64,000 bases of DNA from Candidatus Hydrogenedentota bacterium (GCA_963745075.1 CAVUWV010000011.1:64001-128000); one strand, 5' to 3'. Shown: positions 52,718 through 63,117, counted from the stretch's first letter. Numbers and translations: made by a program. Notes: generated by a model from the letters alone, not told the origin.

Positions 52718-52899
52718 TCGGGCGCTTTACACATTCTTAACCGGCTTTCTTGTACTCGTACTCGATATTGTTGCCTCAAATTGGGCAACGTCGGTTAGGT
52801 TTTTCGCGGGACCAATCCTATCGGTGCGCATCAAATCAGGATCGTCGAGCACGAGCGCGGATTCAACGACATCGCAGCTTTTGCGAACCACGGAGGCGC

Positions 52900-53616
52900 C
52901 TACTTCACCTTCGGTCGATAGGCTTTCACAAGTTCCGGGTAATCCCGCAGGGCTTGGCGCCCGGTAGCGGTAATGCCATACACGCCCCGCTCGACGCGCT
53001 CGAACCAGCCATAGACGTTGTCGTACATAATCGACGTGGTCTTCGGACCAGTTCCTTCGGCGCGCAGTTCCCGCGGGGACATGGGGCCGCGCAGGTCCAG
53101 CAGGCACGCGATGTGGATGGCGCTTTCCCGGTAGGCCGTAACGAGCTTTCGTTGCGTGCTACCGCCCGTATTGAAATCGCCGGAACGCCCTTCCATTTCC
53201 TGCAACACCGCCCGTCGCGCGCGCTTCTGCTTCTTGCGGTCGAACGGCACCGGATGGAACACGATTTCGACCCGGGGCACGCGCGACCGGACCGTCACAA
53301 GAATCAACCCCAGTTCCAGCCGTCGCAGCACGTGGCGGATGCCTTTCCATTGTTTCGTCCATATTCCGCCGGGCGGCGCCGGCACGGCCACATACACGGA
53401 ATCGGTGATGCGCTGGCGCCGCGTGGCCTGCACCAATAGCGTCAGATTCACGGACCGCTTCAATTCGATGACGATCAGATCGTCGCCCTTCGCTGCGGTC
53501 ACGTCGCAGCCATTTACTTCCGCGCGCACGGTGTATCCCTGCTCGGTCAGATACTTTTGTAACGGCGGGTATAAATCCGTTTCCCGAATCGGCTTTAGTT
53601 TCGATACACCCAACAC
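52900..53616 (-). CDS. DUF2161 family putative PD-(D/E)XK protein
   Basis: ETDLYPP, GYTVRAEVNGCDV, VIELK, QATRRQ, TAYRE, NVYGWFERV.RGVY. Confidence 0.75.
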   Translation of the reverse strand: MLGVSKLKPIRETDLYPPLQKYLTEQGYTVRAEVNGCDVTAAKGDDLIVIELKRSVNLTLLVQATRRQRITDSVYVAVPAPPGGIWTKQWKGIRHVLRRLELGLILVTVRSRVPRVEIVFHPVPFDRKKQKRARRAVLQEMEGRSGDFNTGGSTQRKLVTAYRESAIHIACLLDLRGPMSPRELRAEGTGPKTTSIMYDNVYGWFERVERGVYGITATGRQALRDYPELVKAYRPKVK

Positions 53617-53642
53617 TGTCTCCGACGCCTGAAACGATCCTC

Positions 53643-55724
53643 TTACTCCGCCGCACGGCGCGCGTACATTTCTCCAAATACCGTCTTCGCCGCGTCCACC
53701 ATCTCGGGATACGGCGTGTCGACGACGTTTACGAATCCGATGTTGTAGTTCTCACCATCGTACCAACGGCCGGTCGTGGGCTCGTCCACGTACTGAAACC
53801 AATGGCACCCCACGAAGGCCGGATGATCGACCACGCTGCGCACGTATGTTTCAAAACTCTGCGCGCGGTCTTCCTGGTCTGCGGTGCCGACGAGTCCCGG
53901 ATGAAACATGCCACGATCCACCGCGCCGAAATGAAATTCGCCGATAAGGATGGGTTTTCCCAAGGCTTGGTCGCCGGCGTGAAAATCCGGCTTGATGCTG
54001 CGGTAATAGAGATTGAAACTCACCACGTCCGCCACATCGGCACAGGCGCGCACGACCGCATCCGGCGCCGACGCAAACCGGCACCCGAGATAAAGCAGGT
54101 GTGGCGATTCCCGCTTGATGGTGTCGTTTACCAGCGTGAAGTAGCGACGCGCAAAGGCGTAGACAAACGCCTCGAGATCGGCGTTGCACGCCGCGTTGGG
54201 CCGGTAGGGCACGCGTAACCCATCCCAATCGGGCGCGTTGGTGCCCCAGGCCGCGTTCAACGCGTCGAGCGATTCGTATTTCTGCTTCAGCATGTCCACT
54301 TGCGCCGCGCGACAAGGCTGGTCCGGTGGGCTGGCCAAGGTGCCCACGCGGATGGCCTCCCACGCCATCTCGTTGTCCGCGAACAAACCGATGCATCGCG
54401 GGTTATCCCCGTGACTCTTCGCGACCGGCCCGATTCCGGCTTCTACCGCTTTCGCAAAATCGCGATCGTACACATCCGGCATCTTGGCCCAGTAGCCGCC
54501 GCCTCCTTCGATACGCCGGAACGAACCGCGCACACCCGAATTCGCGACATAGGGCATGTTGCAGTGTTCGATCACGTCACCCTGCGACCAATTGCCGATC
54601 GTATTAAAACCCCAGGACCGCAATCGGCGGCAGGTTGTCTTGCGCCACTCCTCCGGCCAGTTTTCACCATACTTGCGCGCGAGATTCGCTGCATAGAATC
54701 CAAAGGTGCGCCCCTTGCCGCCGATGACGTCCGCCATGCTGTGCGCGCCGGATACGTTGCCGTACATGCGGCCGAAGACCGGGTCCTCGGGATCGGGCAG
54801 CCACTCGAACCACGAATCCCGCTTTTCGACAAAGGTCTGCGCCCATGTGCCGACGCAGTCCATTCCCATTGAAAGAAACAGATGTCCTTCCGGCGTGACG
54901 AACCACCACTTGCCGTCAATCTGCTCCGCGCGGAACCAACCGGTGGCGTCCCTTTGCGGTCCGTCCGCCCAACCACCGTAGGCATCGCGGCCGGGCAATG
55001 ACGGATTGGCGGTCAGCGCGTTATCTTCCTCACGGATGCGGTCCGCGAACTGCGCCTCGTTTGCGAGCTTACCCGGCCAAGTATCGTGTTTGTATTGGCC
55101 GAACCGGTCGATGAAGGGAAACGATACGCGGTCTGTGATTGATACGCGGCTTCCGTACAAGCGGAAATTGTCGAGTATGAGCGTGGCGGGTTCGTTCGGA
55201 CGTGGCAGGAAAACCTGGAACGCAGAAATCGTTGCGGGTTCGATGCTGTTCCCGCTGCCGACGGGTCCCACGATTGGTATCCCGCGCATACCCCAAAAGG
55301 GGCCGGCGGCTTTCGGCCCGAAATTGGTGCGTAATACGGTCGTCTTTCCCGGAAGCGCGGTTGCCTGTCCCGTGACGCTATGACTGGCGCCGTCGGTGCC
55401 CGGATTGTCCACGCGCATCGCCACGTTCACCGACTGGTCAGAAGGGTTGAACACGTCCACTTCAAGTCCTTCCGCGTTGCTCCAATCCCACATCCCGTCA
55501 GGTGCCGTGAAGAAGACGTTCGGCCAATCGACCACGTGGAATTCGACTTCGAGTGCTTCTCCACCCTCATGCTCGACAATCTTCGCGGCCGTGTCGTGCA
55601 TGACAAGGTTTTGAGGCAGATCCGGTCCATCGAACGTTTCGACAATCGTTTCATCCGCCGCAAACGCGACAAGTGCAGACAGCGGTAAACACAAAAGTGC
55701 GATGACTCGATAACTGCAAATCAC
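53643..55724 (-). CDS. GH50-like (beta-agarase family) glycoside hydrolase with N-terminal CBM-like domain
   Basis: FIDRFGQY, ATGWFR..QIDGKWW.VTPEG, WGFNTIGNWS, DNE, GEFHFGAVDRG, GCHWFQY.DEP, GENYNIG. Confidence 0.85.
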   Translation of the reverse strand: MICSYRVIALLCLPLSALVAFAADETIVETFDGPDLPQNLVMHDTAAKIVEHEGGEALEVEFHVVDWPNVFFTAPDGMWDWSNAEGLEVDVFNPSDQSVNVAMRVDNPGTDGASHSVTGQATALPGKTTVLRTNFGPKAAGPFWGMRGIPIVGPVGSGNSIEPATISAFQVFLPRPNEPATLILDNFRLYGSRVSITDRVSFPFIDRFGQYKHDTWPGKLANEAQFADRIREEDNALTANPSLPGRDAYGGWADGPQRDATGWFRAEQIDGKWWFVTPEGHLFLSMGMDCVGTWAQTFVEKRDSWFEWLPDPEDPVFGRMYGNVSGAHSMADVIGGKGRTFGFYAANLARKYGENWPEEWRKTTCRRLRSWGFNTIGNWSQGDVIEHCNMPYVANSGVRGSFRRIEGGGGYWAKMPDVYDRDFAKAVEAGIGPVAKSHGDNPRCIGLFADNEMAWEAIRVGTLASPPDQPCRAAQVDMLKQKYESLDALNAAWGTNAPDWDGLRVPYRPNAACNADLEAFVYAFARRYFTLVNDTIKRESPHLLYLGCRFASAPDAVVRACADVADVVSFNLYYRSIKPDFHAGDQALGKPILIGEFHFGAVDRGMFHPGLVGTADQEDRAQSFETYVRSVVDHPAFVGCHWFQYVDEPTTGRWYDGENYNIGFVNVVDTPYPEMVDAAKTVFGEMYARRAAE

Positions 55725-55769
55725 AAAGTTACCCCGTGTTATGACCTTGGAAACAAGGTGCTATTCCTT

Positions 55770-57494
55770 CTACAAGAACGGCGTCGTGGGTTTTCCAAAG
55801 ACCTTCAGAAAGCGCACGATAAACTTCGCGCCGGACGGACCTTCTCCGCCGGGGAAGTTTCCCACGTTGCGATAGTGCTGGTAAAACGCCGGGTCCTTTG
55901 ATGAAATCGGCTCTTCGCCCGGACGCAATTCAAAGGCGCTGGTGCTCCGAATTGGCCAGAAATCCACCGGCGCGCGCGCCGACAATCGTTCGATCAACCG
56001 ATTGAGGTGGAAAAGCGGTAATCGGTTTTTTGCGATGGTCCAACTGTTGTCCGGCACCATGTCGCGCAACACGTTCATCTTGATTTCGGAGGCGATCTTT
56101 TCGTCCTGGATAATGAATCCGCCTTCGCTGTTTAGATAGAAAGAGCGAGGATCCAGGTTGAAGGTGCCTACGAAAACCGTGTCGTCGTCGAACACAAAGG
56201 TCTTGCTATGGATGCTCAGATACGGTTGACGCTTCTTCCCTTCGGCCTTTGCCCGCGCCGCGAGATCGGCCGCGTTCGGCAGGTATTCAAACAAGTCCCG
56301 CGGATAGGGTTTGTATTCGAAGACTTCCATCCCATGGTTCAACACCACGCGCGGTCGCAACCGGTAGTTCGTCGCGTAGGTGATGAGATGGTCCGCCGCA
56401 CCGTAACTGTTCGTCGATATGCGGACTCGCAAATCGGGGCTTGCCGCATTCACCTTCCGAAGGAATTTCGCGAGCCGGCGATTCACGATGACGTATGGGC
56501 TCTGGATGATGACTGATTCGTCGGCTTCGCAAAACAGCCGCATCATTTCATTGGTGACGCGACCGTTGTTCCATCGCTTGCTGAAAAACCGGCGGTTCTT
56601 GCGTCCTGGTGCGTCAGCCACGTAGGTCACACTGTCGGCCTCCGACAGCCGGTCGATAAACATGTCCCGGACCAGCTTCGGATTATTCGCGTCCGCGTCG
56701 AACCGGCGAAAATAGTCGTTGAAATAGATTTCGCGATGCGCCGGGATGTCTCGGTCCACCCCCTGGTCGAGATGCTTGGCGATATCCTTGAGGTCGTGGG
56801 TCCAGACCGAAAGCGGCGATTCCCAATACGCGTTGAACGAATCCGTCATTTCCTCGATTGCGGGCCCGATGACGTACACATCGCGGTCTTTGAAGTTGTA
56901 CCCGAGGGAATAATTGTAGTAGTTATTGCCGATGTTCCGGCCGCCGGAAATTCCCAGTGCGCCGTCGACGATGAATGTCTTGACGTGCATGCGCTGGTTG
57001 CTGCCCGACGGGAGGATGAGATCCAACAGCGCGTGGGGCAGCGGGGGGTTACCCATACCGCCGATAGGGCGATACAGCTTGATCTCGATGTTGGAGTTTA
57101 GCGAAGAGACAAAGGCCAACTCTTTCGGGTTCTTGTGCGCGCCGACGTGGTCCACAAGTATGCGGACCTTGACGCCACGCTCCGCGGCCTTGAGCAACTC
57201 GTACAACATAATCCGGGCGCACTCGTCGTTGGTCCAGATGTAGGTTTGAATATCGATGCTATGACGCGCGTTGCGGATGAGATGCAAGCGCAGGATCAGC
57301 GATTCGTCGCCCCGCTCGACGACGCCGGCGTAGTTTCCAGCGGAAGGATCGCCGCCGGAATCGGGCCAATGGTCGGCAACGAAGGTATGAAATGGAGATT
57401 CCTCGAGAAACGCGTTCGCGCCGGGGTCTGCTGCGGCAGGCAAGCACGCCACCAGGATTAGTACGAGACACGCGATGCGGATCGTATCTTGCAT
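55770..57494 (-). CDS. Exported phospholipase D family protein (ClsC-like)
   Basis: Two HKD motifs, HVKTFIVD...GGRNIG and HSKTFVFD...GTFNLDPRS. Signal peptide from ATG 57494. Confidence 0.85.
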   Translation of the reverse strand: MQDTIRIACLVLILVACLPAAADPGANAFLEESPFHTFVADHWPDSGGDPSAGNYAGVVERGDESLILRLHLIRNARHSIDIQTYIWTNDECARIMLYELLKAAERGVKVRILVDHVGAHKNPKELAFVSSLNSNIEIKLYRPIGGMGNPPLPHALLDLILPSGSNQRMHVKTFIVDGALGISGGRNIGNNYYNYSLGYNFKDRDVYVIGPAIEEMTDSFNAYWESPLSVWTHDLKDIAKHLDQGVDRDIPAHREIYFNDYFRRFDADANNPKLVRDMFIDRLSEADSVTYVADAPGRKNRRFFSKRWNNGRVTNEMMRLFCEADESVIIQSPYVIVNRRLAKFLRKVNAASPDLRVRISTNSYGAADHLITYATNYRLRPRVVLNHGMEVFEYKPYPRDLFEYLPNAADLAARAKAEGKKRQPYLSIHSKTFVFDDDTVFVGTFNLDPRSFYLNSEGGFIIQDEKIASEIKMNVLRDMVPDNSWTIAKNRLPLFHLNRLIERLSARAPVDFWPIRSTSAFELRPGEEPISSKDPAFYQHYRNVGNFPGGEGPSGAKFIVRFLKVFGKPTTPFL

Positions 57495-57631
57495 CAGGCG
57501 GGCGCGCAGGTTGCATCTCATCGCCGGCGCGCCGGGTACACGCAAAGAGGGTGCGGATGATTCGGTTGCCCCTGTGCTGCCATGAATCGCTCCAACTTCT
57601 CACCTTCGGCACGCCCAGTTCTTGAGCGTAC

Positions 57632-58513
57632 CTACTTCTTTAACATGCGCCCCGCCACGGCGTCCAATTGCTTCACCGTTTCCGGGTCCCGCGCGTCCGG
57701 CGCCGTAATCAACGCGTATTCCAACGCGGTCTGGCACCTTTGACCGCACGATGTCTTACCTTGCCGCAATTCAGACACCAGGCCCTTAATCAACGACCGG
57801 GCGTGTTCCGCATTGGATTGCAGCACGCCGATGATCTGCTCCACGGTCACATGATCGTGGTCTGGATGCCAGCAGTCGTAGTCGGTCACCATCGCCACCG
57901 TGGCGTAACAGATTTCGGCCTCGCGGGCCAGCTTGGCCTCGGGCATATTCGTCATTCCGATCACATCGCAGTTCCACTGGCGATACAGGTGCGACTCCGC
58001 CATGGACGAGAACTGCGGGCCCTCCATCACGAGATACGTCCCACCGCGTTCGGTTTTTACAGGCAAATCCTGCGCGGCCGCGTCGATACAGTCTCCGAGG
58101 TAGGAGCACACCGGATGCGCCATGGACACGTGGGCGACCATCCCCGTTCCGAAGAAACTTTTGTTACGCGCAAAGGTTCGATCGATGAATTGATCGACGA
58201 TGACGAAATCGCCGGGATGCAGGTTCTCTTTCAGCGAACCCACTGCGCTTACGGAGAGGATTTGCGTGACCCCGGCCCGCTTCATGGCGTCGATGTTCGC
58301 GCGGAAATTGATTTCGGACGGCGGGATCCGGTGGCCGCGTCCGTGGCGCGGAAGAAAGACGAGCAGCTCGCCCTCAAACTCGCCGAACAGCAGGTCGTCC
58401 GAGGGTTCGCCGAAGGGCGATTCGACCCGCTCCCACCGCCTATTCTCCAGTTCCGCAATATCGTAAACGCCGCTGCCGCCAATCACGCCAAGTAACGGTT
58501 TCTTCTCTGCCAC
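57632..58513 (-). CDS. mtnP: S-methyl-5'-thioadenosine phosphorylase
   Basis: GVIGGSG, LPRHG, SAVGSL, EGPQFSS.AES, GMTNMPEAKLARE, VTDYDCW. Confidence 0.93.
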   Translation of the reverse strand: MAEKKPLLGVIGGSGVYDIAELENRRWERVESPFGEPSDDLLFGEFEGELLVFLPRHGRGHRIPPSEINFRANIDAMKRAGVTQILSVSAVGSLKENLHPGDFVIVDQFIDRTFARNKSFFGTGMVAHVSMAHPVCSYLGDCIDAAAQDLPVKTERGGTYLVMEGPQFSSMAESHLYRQWNCDVIGMTNMPEAKLAREAEICYATVAMVTDYDCWHPDHDHVTVEQIIGVLQSNAEHARSLIKGLVSELRQGKTSCGQRCQTALEYALITAPDARDPETVKQLDAVAGRMLKK

Positions 58514-58527
58514 TGAATCTTCCTTTT

Positions 58528-59187
58528 CTAATCAGTTTTGTGTGTGTCAGGCCCAATCAATGCCCCGACCACATCCGACACCCGCTCCAGCACCTCGACC
58601 GCACCGGAAAAATCACATCCACGCGTGAGCGCCGTCGGAACAATGTAACAGTCGATCCCTGCGCCGCGGGCCGCGGTCAATCCGCGCATCGAGTCTTCCA
58701 CCACCACACAGGCTTCGGGAGGAAGGCCCAGCCGATCAAGGGCCACCTGATACGGTTCCGGGTCCGGTTTCGAACGACTATAGTCGCCGTTGGCCACAGT
58801 GAATTCAACCAACGGCAACATTCCCGTGCGCTGGTGAATGATGTCGAAGTGCTGTTTCTGCGAACTGGTGACGATCCCCATGCGGAACCTTCCGTGAAGA
58901 CGTTTCAAGGTATCGTACGAATCCGGCAGCAAGATGGGTTCCGTGGCTATCAACTCGGAGTAGCGCGCGTCCCGCGCCTTCTTGAGCGTAGCGACCTCGG
59001 TCTCGCTAACGCCTTGCTCGACGGCGAGGTGCCACGCCCCTTTTGCCTGGACGAGCAATAGCTCGCGGTACAGTTCTTCCGTGAGGTTCACCCCGACGGG
59101 GGCAAGGACTTCGCGTGTCGCCTGAAAGTACAAATGTTCGGTGTCCACCAGGATACCGTCATTATCCCAAAGTATCGCTTGCTTCAT
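58528..59187 (-). CDS. HAD family phosphatase (subfamily IA)
   Basis: WDNDGILVDTE, VTSS, SKPDPEPY, VEDS. Confidence 0.88.
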   Translation of the reverse strand: MKQAILWDNDGILVDTEHLYFQATREVLAPVGVNLTEELYRELLLVQAKGAWHLAVEQGVSETEVATLKKARDARYSELIATEPILLPDSYDTLKRLHGRFRMGIVTSSQKQHFDIIHQRTGMLPLVEFTVANGDYSRSKPDPEPYQVALDRLGLPPEACVVVEDSMRGLTAARGAGIDCYIVPTALTRGCDFSGAVEVLERVSDVVGALIGPDTHKTD

Positions 59188-59209
59188 GTCTTCCCAGACT
59201 TGATAGGAC

Positions 59210-60301
59210 TTATCCCAGCGTTTCTTCCGCTAACCGGGCGAACTCGACCACGCGTTCATCCGGCGTGCCCGCATCGATATCCGCCATGACGATATCGCAG
59301 GGGCTCAAGTCCCGCCGGATGAGCGCGAGATCTTTGCGAAGTTCCTCCGTTGGCTTGTTTACGAGATCCGTCGGCGTGTACATGATCGCGCGCCGCGCAT
59401 TGGGACAGAGCCGCTTTGCCTTCGCCAGGTCCGACATGATTCCCATGTCTACATAGCCCAGCTTTTCAATTCGCGCATAGTCTTCGATATAGGGATCCAC
59501 GTTCCATGCGCAGTTATGGATGCCGAAGAACTCGAACGATTCCGATATTTTGCGGTCCCAGGGGAACACATGTTCACGGTACAACTCCGGCGATACCATA
59601 TTGACCACACAGTTGCTCAACGTGGCGTGCCGTACGACGAAGCCGGTTTCGGCCTGTCGCTCGTAAACCAACCGCATACCCGCGATCATGGTCTGCGTAA
59701 TCAGATCGAACAGGTGATTCGCCAGTTCGGGATTCATCATCAGATCCGAAAAGATCTCGGGTCCGCGAATGCGGAAGGCATTGTTCAAAACGCCCTGCCA
59801 GTTCAGATAGCCTTCAATCCGGCCAAACTCGCGTTCGATGACCTCCATCTGTTCGAGAATGTGACTCATCACGGGAACGCTCGGCAAATCCGGCACTTTC
59901 AGCGCCATGATGGCCTGTTCGCTCAAGTAGTCGTGTCGTGCCGCGGGCCAGTTGTCGGCGTAGTAGTCCGCGCCGATGCCGAAGATGAGCGCCATCGTCA
60001 GTGCACCATGAATGCCGTCGATCGTGGCCGGAGCGTTTTCCGGATCCGGGCCTCCCAACTGCAACGATGGAAACCGCCGGTTCAATTCCTTCCGCATTCT
60101 GACTACCGAAGCACGCCGCGCCATCGGGTCCAGATGCCATGGTTCCGAGAAGTCGATTTCGCAGGCTTCCCGGTACCATCGTGGCGTGAATCCGAACTCG
60201 ATACGCATGTCCGATTCCGTGCCGTCGCACGGAGCCCGCGTCGCAGGACATGCCGGCGCGATGTAGCTGCGGAGTTGGTGAGCGGTGGCTTTACTAATCA
60301 T
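59210..60301 (-). CDS. Uroporphyrinogen decarboxylase/MtaA-like family protein
   Basis: QGVLNNAFRIRG..IF.D, MVSPELYREHVFP, GIHNC (HxC motif), DAGTP.E. Confidence 0.6.
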   Translation of the reverse strand: MISKATAHQLRSYIAPACPATRAPCDGTESDMRIEFGFTPRWYREACEIDFSEPWHLDPMARRASVVRMRKELNRRFPSLQLGGPDPENAPATIDGIHGALTMALIFGIGADYYADNWPAARHDYLSEQAIMALKVPDLPSVPVMSHILEQMEVIEREFGRIEGYLNWQGVLNNAFRIRGPEIFSDLMMNPELANHLFDLITQTMIAGMRLVYERQAETGFVVRHATLSNCVVNMVSPELYREHVFPWDRKISESFEFFGIHNCAWNVDPYIEDYARIEKLGYVDMGIMSDLAKAKRLCPNARRAIMYTPTDLVNKPTEELRKDLALIRRDLSPCDIVMADIDAGTPDERVVEFARLAEETLG

Positions 60302-60539
60302 TGCGTTCCGTGGGGTGTTCTTGAGACTCAGCGTGTGTGCGCCATAACTTACCCTCGCGCGTCACTTCGCAATGCATGCACCCGCTGGTCTTCCCATCGA
60401 TGTTGTACCACTGGTGGGTTCCTCCAGCCGCTTCACCATCTTGACCTTTCCGGGCAACACCGAGGTCAATCATCCACCATGGAATGCGCATTCGGATCCA
60501 TGTTCTCCAACGGTACGGTCCTGTGGAGTCGGTTTGCAC
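60294..60539 (-). CDS. Small Trp/Cys/His-rich hypothetical protein (about 81 aa)
   Basis: GTG start with GGAG upstream. YRWRTWIRMRIPWWMIDLG...HQWYN...SGCMHC...KLW. The stop overlaps the next gene's ATG. Confidence 0.5.
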   Translation of the reverse strand: MQTDSTGPYRWRTWIRMRIPWWMIDLGVARKGQDGEAAGGTHQWYNIDGKTSGCMHCEVTREGKLWRTHAESQEHPTERND

Positions 60540-60613
60540 TATGGAATATGCTCCGTTCTTCTCTCGGTTCGTCCATGCCCGTCCGTGCGAGTCCGTGCTT
60601 GTCCCCAGCCGGC

Positions 60614-61702
60614 CTACTGCTGAATATGCGCGAGCGCGTAGATGATCCCCGCCACGATCGGCGTCGCGACGATGATCGCCAGCGCGATCTTGACCCAACT
60701 CCACGGCCGTTCGCCCTGGACTTCTCCCGTGCGCGCGTTGACCAGGAACCGAAATGCCTTGCCCCGGTACCGGTACGCGCTGATCCAGACCGGCAACAGG
60801 ATGTGTTTGAACGTAATGTTGTCGTACCGGCACCGCATGGTGCTGATGCGCTGGTGGTCGCCGCCAATATCCCGGCAGATCGTTCCGCGGATGGTGGGTT
60901 CCATCAATTGCTTCGCCCGCACGAACCCTTCCGGCAAATCCACCTGGTAACTCTCCGCGCGAAAACCGCTGAGGAATTCGTCCTTGTATGGAACGAGATT
61001 GTTCAAGTCCCACGGTTCCAGTTTCTCCGCGTACTTCCGGGGCAGCGACTGACTCGCCACCACCAGCACGTCATCAAAGCTGTTCTGCACCACGCCGCTG
61101 ACTGAACGCCAGCGCGTTCGCCGTACCTGCCGCGTTCGCTGTACGGAGCGCCCGTTCACGGTCGTTGTGTAGTGCTCCGTGGTCCAGTAATCGTCGCCGC
61201 GCTGTCCGTGGTATTGGGTGGTCACGAAACAGTCGTAAGTCCAGTACGGCGTGTACATGCCGTTGATGGGGCTGTCCTGCCGGGCGAGACGTTTCAGCGC
61301 GTTCGGTGCGAACCAGAGGCTGCGAATCCACTTCTTGAATAAGTCGCGTGCCTGTGCCGTCGTCACGTGGAAGGAGAGCAGCGCTTTGGGCTTCAGCAGC
61401 TTGCGCGAACTCTCCGTCGCAACGATGTTGGCGCCACAGAACGGGCATTCGGCCGAGGTGACGTTGGGTTGCCGTGTGGATTCCGCGCCGCAGGACGTGC
61501 ACTTAATTGTGATGCGTTCCTGGACTTCCTCATGCCCCATCGCATCGCGCAGAAAGGAGTCATAGTCCAACTCTTCGATGGGCGTCGAGTCGACGTGAAT
61601 GGGATTCTCGTGCCCGCAATACGGGCACACTTGGGCGTCTGCCCCCGGCTGAAATTCCAGGTTCGCCCCGCACTGTGCACATGGAAAAGTGGCCTGCGTC
61701 AC
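60614..61702 (-). CDS. Double zinc-ribbon membrane protein (YdjG-like)
   Basis: CAQCG, CPYCG, CTSCG, CPFCG, LLPVW, VNARTGEVQGERP and a C-terminal TM. Confidence 0.75.
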   Translation of the reverse strand: MTQATFPCAQCGANLEFQPGADAQVCPYCGHENPIHVDSTPIEELDYDSFLRDAMGHEEVQERITIKCTSCGAESTRQPNVTSAECPFCGANIVATESSRKLLKPKALLSFHVTTAQARDLFKKWIRSLWFAPNALKRLARQDSPINGMYTPYWTYDCFVTTQYHGQRGDDYWTTEHYTTTVNGRSVQRTRQVRRTRWRSVSGVVQNSFDDVLVVASQSLPRKYAEKLEPWDLNNLVPYKDEFLSGFRAESYQVDLPEGFVRAKQLMEPTIRGTICRDIGGDHQRISTMRCRYDNITFKHILLPVWISAYRYRGKAFRFLVNARTGEVQGERPWSWVKIALAIIVATPIVAGIIYALAHIQQ

Positions 61703-61797
61703 ACCCTGCCCCTATGAATGCTGGTGTTTCCCTTACTAAAAGGATCTCAAGGACGAAAGGGACTTAAACGACTTTACGAGGTCTCCGGTCTTCAGTC

Positions 61798-62886
61798 TCA
61801 AGTCGGTGGCACCGGCGGCGGCGTAGCCCCGAACAGCTTGGCCAAGTCCGGCACGTCCGACGCCGTGGTCCACTGGGCCATGCCTTCGGTCCATACCAGT
61901 GATTGCCGCGTAAGGCGTCCATTTTGGACTTGCTGTTTCAGCGTCATCGTGTCGAACGGACCCGTCTGCTGCCCATCCACCGCCACGTAAAAATTGGCCG
62001 TCTGCGGTACCGGCGGGGGCGCTTGCGAAGCGCTAGCGGCCGCTTGCCCCATCTGCCCGGCCATGGCGAACCCCATGCCCAGACCCATGCCCCCCGACGC
62101 CGTGCCGCCCGGGTTTTCCGCGGCCTTCTCGAGGGCGTTCGCGGTCTGGTATTGGGTATAAGCCTGCAGATTGCCAATTACGCCCATGCTCGTTCGTTTG
62201 TCGAGGGCCTCCTCGACTTCCGGCGGCAAGGAGATGTTCTCGACCAGCAGCTTGGTGATCTGCAGCCCGTAGGAGTCGAAATCGTCCGAGATCTTATCCG
62301 TGATGAATTTCCCGAGCTCATCATAGTTTGCCGCCAAATCGAGCACGGGGATCTTGCTTTCACCCAAAATATCCGCGAAACGCGCAACGATAAGGTTGCG
62401 CAGTTGATCCGTGATCTCGTCCGTCGTGAATAGCCCGTCCGTCCCCACGATTTCCTTGATGAACGTTGGGGCGAACATAACGCGCACGCAATAGGTCCCG
62501 AAGGCCCGTAACCGGACCGGACCAAACTCCGGGTCGCGCAGCATGATGGGATTCTTCGTGCCCCACTTCAGGTCTGTGAACTGCCGCGTGCTGACGAAAT
62601 ACACCTCGGCCTTGAACGGACTCTGAAACCCGTGCGCCCAGCCCAGCAGCGTCGCCAGGATCGGCAAATTCCGCGTCTCGAGGGTGTACGTGCCGGGTTC
62701 AAACACGTCGGCGAGCTTGCCCTCATTGATGAACACGGCCACCTGGGATTCGCGCACGACCAGTTTGGCCCCGTATTTGATTTCGTTGTTGTACCGCTCG
62801 AACCGGTGGACCATGGTGTCATTCGTGGGATCGGTCCACTCGACAATGTCGATCAGTTCTCCACGGAGCTTGTCAAAGAGTCCCAT
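61798..62886 (-). CDS. SPFH (band 7) domain protein, YdjI-like, with C-terminal GYF_2/DUF4339 domain
   Basis: LVVRESQVAVF, PGTYTL.T.NLP, SPFKAEVYF, KWGT.NP, RAFGTY. C-terminal GQQTGPF...LVWTEGMAQW. Confidence 0.85.
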   Translation of the reverse strand: MGLFDKLRGELIDIVEWTDPTNDTMVHRFERYNNEIKYGAKLVVRESQVAVFINEGKLADVFEPGTYTLETRNLPILATLLGWAHGFQSPFKAEVYFVSTRQFTDLKWGTKNPIMLRDPEFGPVRLRAFGTYCVRVMFAPTFIKEIVGTDGLFTTDEITDQLRNLIVARFADILGESKIPVLDLAANYDELGKFITDKISDDFDSYGLQITKLLVENISLPPEVEEALDKRTSMGVIGNLQAYTQYQTANALEKAAENPGGTASGGMGLGMGFAMAGQMGQAAASASQAPPPVPQTANFYVAVDGQQTGPFDTMTLKQQVQNGRLTRQSLVWTEGMAQWTTASDVPDLAKLFGATPPPVPPT

Positions 62887-63117
62887 GGTTCAACCCTCCT
62901 GTTCGTAAGAACTTCCGATTCGCGCCGATGTTCCCAGCCGAAAGCGGCCGACGCACACGGCTGCTGTAAACTATACGACTATAGAATCGATCCGCCATCG
63001 CGTCAACTTCTGCACGCGAGCCTTGATTGCACTCGCACGCGGCGGCCCGACTATGGCAAAATGCGCTCTCAACGAAGCCGGCGGTCGCGGCAAGCGGACC
63101 GCAGTTCGGAGGATCTC

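Noticed and set aside
52727..52900. Possible small gene between the GT-C and DUF2161 genes
   Set aside because: No recognisable motif or convincing start, so it cannot be supported.
59516..61105. 529-aa plus-strand ORF and other long antisense ORFs (23211-24614, 48813-50231, 39803-40936, 62971-63990)
   Set aside because: They overlap motif-supported genes on the opposite strand and carry no recognisable motifs.
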